NCBI RefSeq assembly: GCF_036588685.1
Contig: NC_086373.1
Coordinates: 100,688,001-100,752,000, forward strand
DNA: 64,000 nt
From: Mytilus trossulus
Lineage: Eukaryota
Reading direction: 5' to 3'
The notes beneath the pieces were generated by a model, which did no database searches, was not told the DNA's origin, and worked only from the letters and a program-made list of their open reading frames with translations. A program made the translations under genes and the position numbers. Positions 61,022-64,000 of this stretch are shown in pieces (the stretch's first letter is position 1; every line of letters begins with the position of its first letter).

Positions 61022-63677
61022 GGCCGTGTTCACATTGACCTAAACTCGGTGTTGTGTTAGTGTAATTCACACATAAACTAAACATCATTACGTTCTCATT
61101 GATAAAACTCAATGTTTACATGTAATGTAAATCATGTTTTGTCTACATGCAGTCGATAGTCGATGTAGGCCTTGTGTAGGTTAAGTGTACACAAAACTAG
61201 GCATTCAGAACTTTAATTTTCCCATGTATATTTAAAAAAGAAGCGATTTTTGTCGAGCCTTCGACTTTAGTTGAAAAAGCGAGACTAAGCAATCCTACAT
61301 TCCGGCGGCGGCGGCGGCGTCCACAAATATTCACTCTGTGGTTAAAGTTTTTGAAGTTTTAATAACTTTTTTAAACTATACCGGATTTCTACCAAACTTG
61401 GACAGAAGCTTGTTTATGATCATAAGGTAGTATCCAGAAGTAAATTTTGTAAAAATAAAATTCCATTTTTTCCGTATTTTACTTTTAAATGGACTTAGTT
61501 TTTTCTGCGGGGAAACATTACATTCACTCTGTGGTTAAAGTTTTTAGAATTTTATTAACATTCTTAGAATATCCTTGGTTTGTACCAAACTTGGACAGAC
61601 GCTTGTTTATGATCATAAGATAGTATCCAGAAGCAAATTTTGTAAAAAAGTAAATCCATTTTTTCCGTATTTTACTTTTAAATGGACTTAGTTTTTTCTG
61701 TGGGGAAACATTACGTTCACTCTGTGGTTGAAGTTTTTAGAATTTTAATAACTTTCTTAAACTATCCTTGGTTTGTACCAAACTTGGACAGATGCTTGTT
61801 TATGATCATAAGATAGTATCCAGAGGCAAAATTTATAAAATAATAAATCAATTTATTCCGTATTTTACCTTTAAATGGACTTAGTTTTTCTGCAGGGAAA
61901 CATTACATTCACTCTGTGGTAAAAGTTTTTAAAATTTGAATAACTTTCTTAAACTATCCTGGGTTTGTACCAAACTTGGACAGAAGCTTATTTATGATCA
62001 TAAGTTAGTAAATTTTGTATAAAGATAACTCCATTTTTTCCGTATTTTACTTTTAAAATGACTTAGATTTTCTTCTAGTTAACATTACATACAGTCTGCA
62101 GTTAAAGTTTTCAACACATTTATTAGATTCATTAACTGTCCTAGATTTTTACCAGACTTGGACAAAACCTTCTTACAGTCATAGGATAGTATCAAGAGGA
62201 ATATTTTTATTGACTTTTTGCCTCAATTTTGTTGCACTTGCGATTTACAGCAAAAGTAGACGAGACACTGGGTTCTGCGGAACCCTTACAAATTTTTATT
62301 TAAATTGATACTTATAACACTTATTAATAAAGTTTTTTGCAGAAATATTTGTCTAAACTTGATATATTTATTTGTTATAAAAAAATTTACGCAGCCTTAT
62401 TAACCCCTTATCAAGACAAACAAGACTCATCCATCATCATTGCCGAAAACATAATTCATTTGAAAAGGTCTTCCCGAATCGACTGGACGTACACACTGAC
62501 AGAAATGTTTTGCCACTGGACTTTACTCAAACAACGATTCACTCATAAATTGTTTGTTTGTGCAGAATCTTGTGTCCGTTAAAATACAGTTAGAAAAAAC
62601 CATAACCCCCTCCTTTTGATAAATACTCCTTGGAGAAAACATACCATTTGAAACAAACAGAAAAGATAGAAATGTAGTGATCCTTATTTAACATCGCAAT
62701 TCAATTTTTTCGTCTGGTCTGTAAGCAAGCTGATGCAGCCTACCTTTTTAATGCGTAATGGAGACATCTGAGTCAGAATTTTTTCTTGGGCGAAAGTTTA
62801 TATTTATTCATTTTTTCTATGGTACCAATTCAATATTTGACACTATAATTTTTTTTAATCAAATTGTGGTAAAATCACCCCCCCCCCCCTTTTTTTTTTA
62901 AATCAAATGGTCGTTCCCTAACTGTGATAGAAAAGTTGTTCGAAAATTTGAATTCTGTTCTACGTAATGAACATTTAAATGACATATTAATAGTTTACAA
63001 GTGTGAACAAAACTTATGTATAGATGTGAACAAATTTAATGTGAAACAAGTGTGCATTACATTAAACCAAATGTAAACATAAAATTGAGAATGGAAATGG
63101 GGAATGTGTCAAAGAGACAACAACCCGACCAAAATAAAAAAAAACCACAACAGCAGAAGGTCACCAACAGGTCTTCAATGTAGCGAGAAATTCCCGCACC
63201 CGGAGGCGTCCTTCAGCTGGCCCCTAAACAAATATATACTAGTTCAGTGATAATGAACGCCATACTAATTTCCAAATTGTACACAAGAAACTAAAATTTA
63301 AATAATACAAGACTAACAAAGGCCAGAGGCTCCTGACTTGGGACAGGCGCAAAAATGCGGCGGGGTTAAACATGTTTGTGAGATCTCAACCCTCCCCCTA
63401 TACCTCTAACCAGTGTAGAAAAGTAAAAGCATAACAATACGCACATTAAAATTCAGTTCAAGAGAAGTCCGAGTCTGATGTCAGAAGATGTAACCAAAGA
63501 AAATAAACAAAATGACAATAATACATAAATAACAACAGACTACTAGCAGTTAACTGACATGCCAGCTCCAGACTTCAATTAAACTGACTGAAAGATTATG
63601 ATTTCATCATATGATCATCAGGCACAATCCTTCCCGTAAGGGGTTTACTGTACGCAGCGTTTGGTGTGAACACGGCC
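61022..63677. mobile_element. Harbinger-type TIR element containing nested insertions
   Basis: TTA|ggccgtgttcaca ... tgtgaacacggcc|TTA; contains a HINE (61247-62297) and a dispersed repeat (63081-~63645). Confidence 0.75.
61247..62297 (+). mobile_element. Second copy of the 192-bp-array HINE
   Basis: Same termini and internal unit as 56911-58168, with one fewer internal unit. Confidence 0.8.
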
Positions 63678-64000
63678 TTAGTATTATTTGATTGAGATTT
63701 GTGTTGGTTATTTGTCAGATGAAAAGTACACTCTATCAGAAAACTGTTTGTGTGTGGTGACACCTGTCTAAAACCTGTGGAAAAGTTTGTGTTAACTTGC
63801 TGAAAGTTACTGGTTAACCTGAGTTTCTCTAATTTTTGTGCTTTTGTCACATTTCCTGACAGGTGTGAGAAAAATATTTCTCCTCACAAGTGAAAAATCT
63901 GTTCTTACCAAGATGTCGAAATATGATTATGACGTCAAACTGTTTTGTTTTCCTCTGAATTTCCTCTGACGTCGCATATTAAGAACACAAGTTTCTGAAA

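Overview
AT-rich, repeat-dense eukaryotic DNA with spliceosomal introns; the repeat families suggest a bivalve, probably Mytilus (inference). Host genes reconstructed by hand: (1) an uncharacterised secreted protein with internal beta-rich repeats (minus strand, 7198 to <41, runs off the left edge); (2) a 229-aa coiled-coil protein with a CHORD/Btk-like Cys/His module (minus, 16702-11905); (3) the V-ATPase c'' subunit ATP6V0B (minus, 34995-27686); (4) an intronless eh1/ANTP-class homeobox gene with an unusual Trp47, plus its tandem pseudogene (41522-40806; 38093-37221); (5) BSDC1 (plus, from 52818, continues past the window). Mobile DNA includes an apparently intact two-gene PIF/Harbinger transposon, a 5'-truncated CR1/L2-like LINE, Tc1 remnants, many MITEs, Helentron-like HINEs, and ~365-nt retrozyme repeats carrying eight type I hammerhead motifs. 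The most unusual structure is a ~2.6-kb array of ~36 copies of a 73-bp unit in a BSDC1 intron. Each unit is the real 3' splice site plus the first 60 nt of the BSD-domain exon, so ~31 near-identical decoy acceptors, all leading to premature stops, precede the single productive one. All gene models are manual and were not checked against transcripts or databases.
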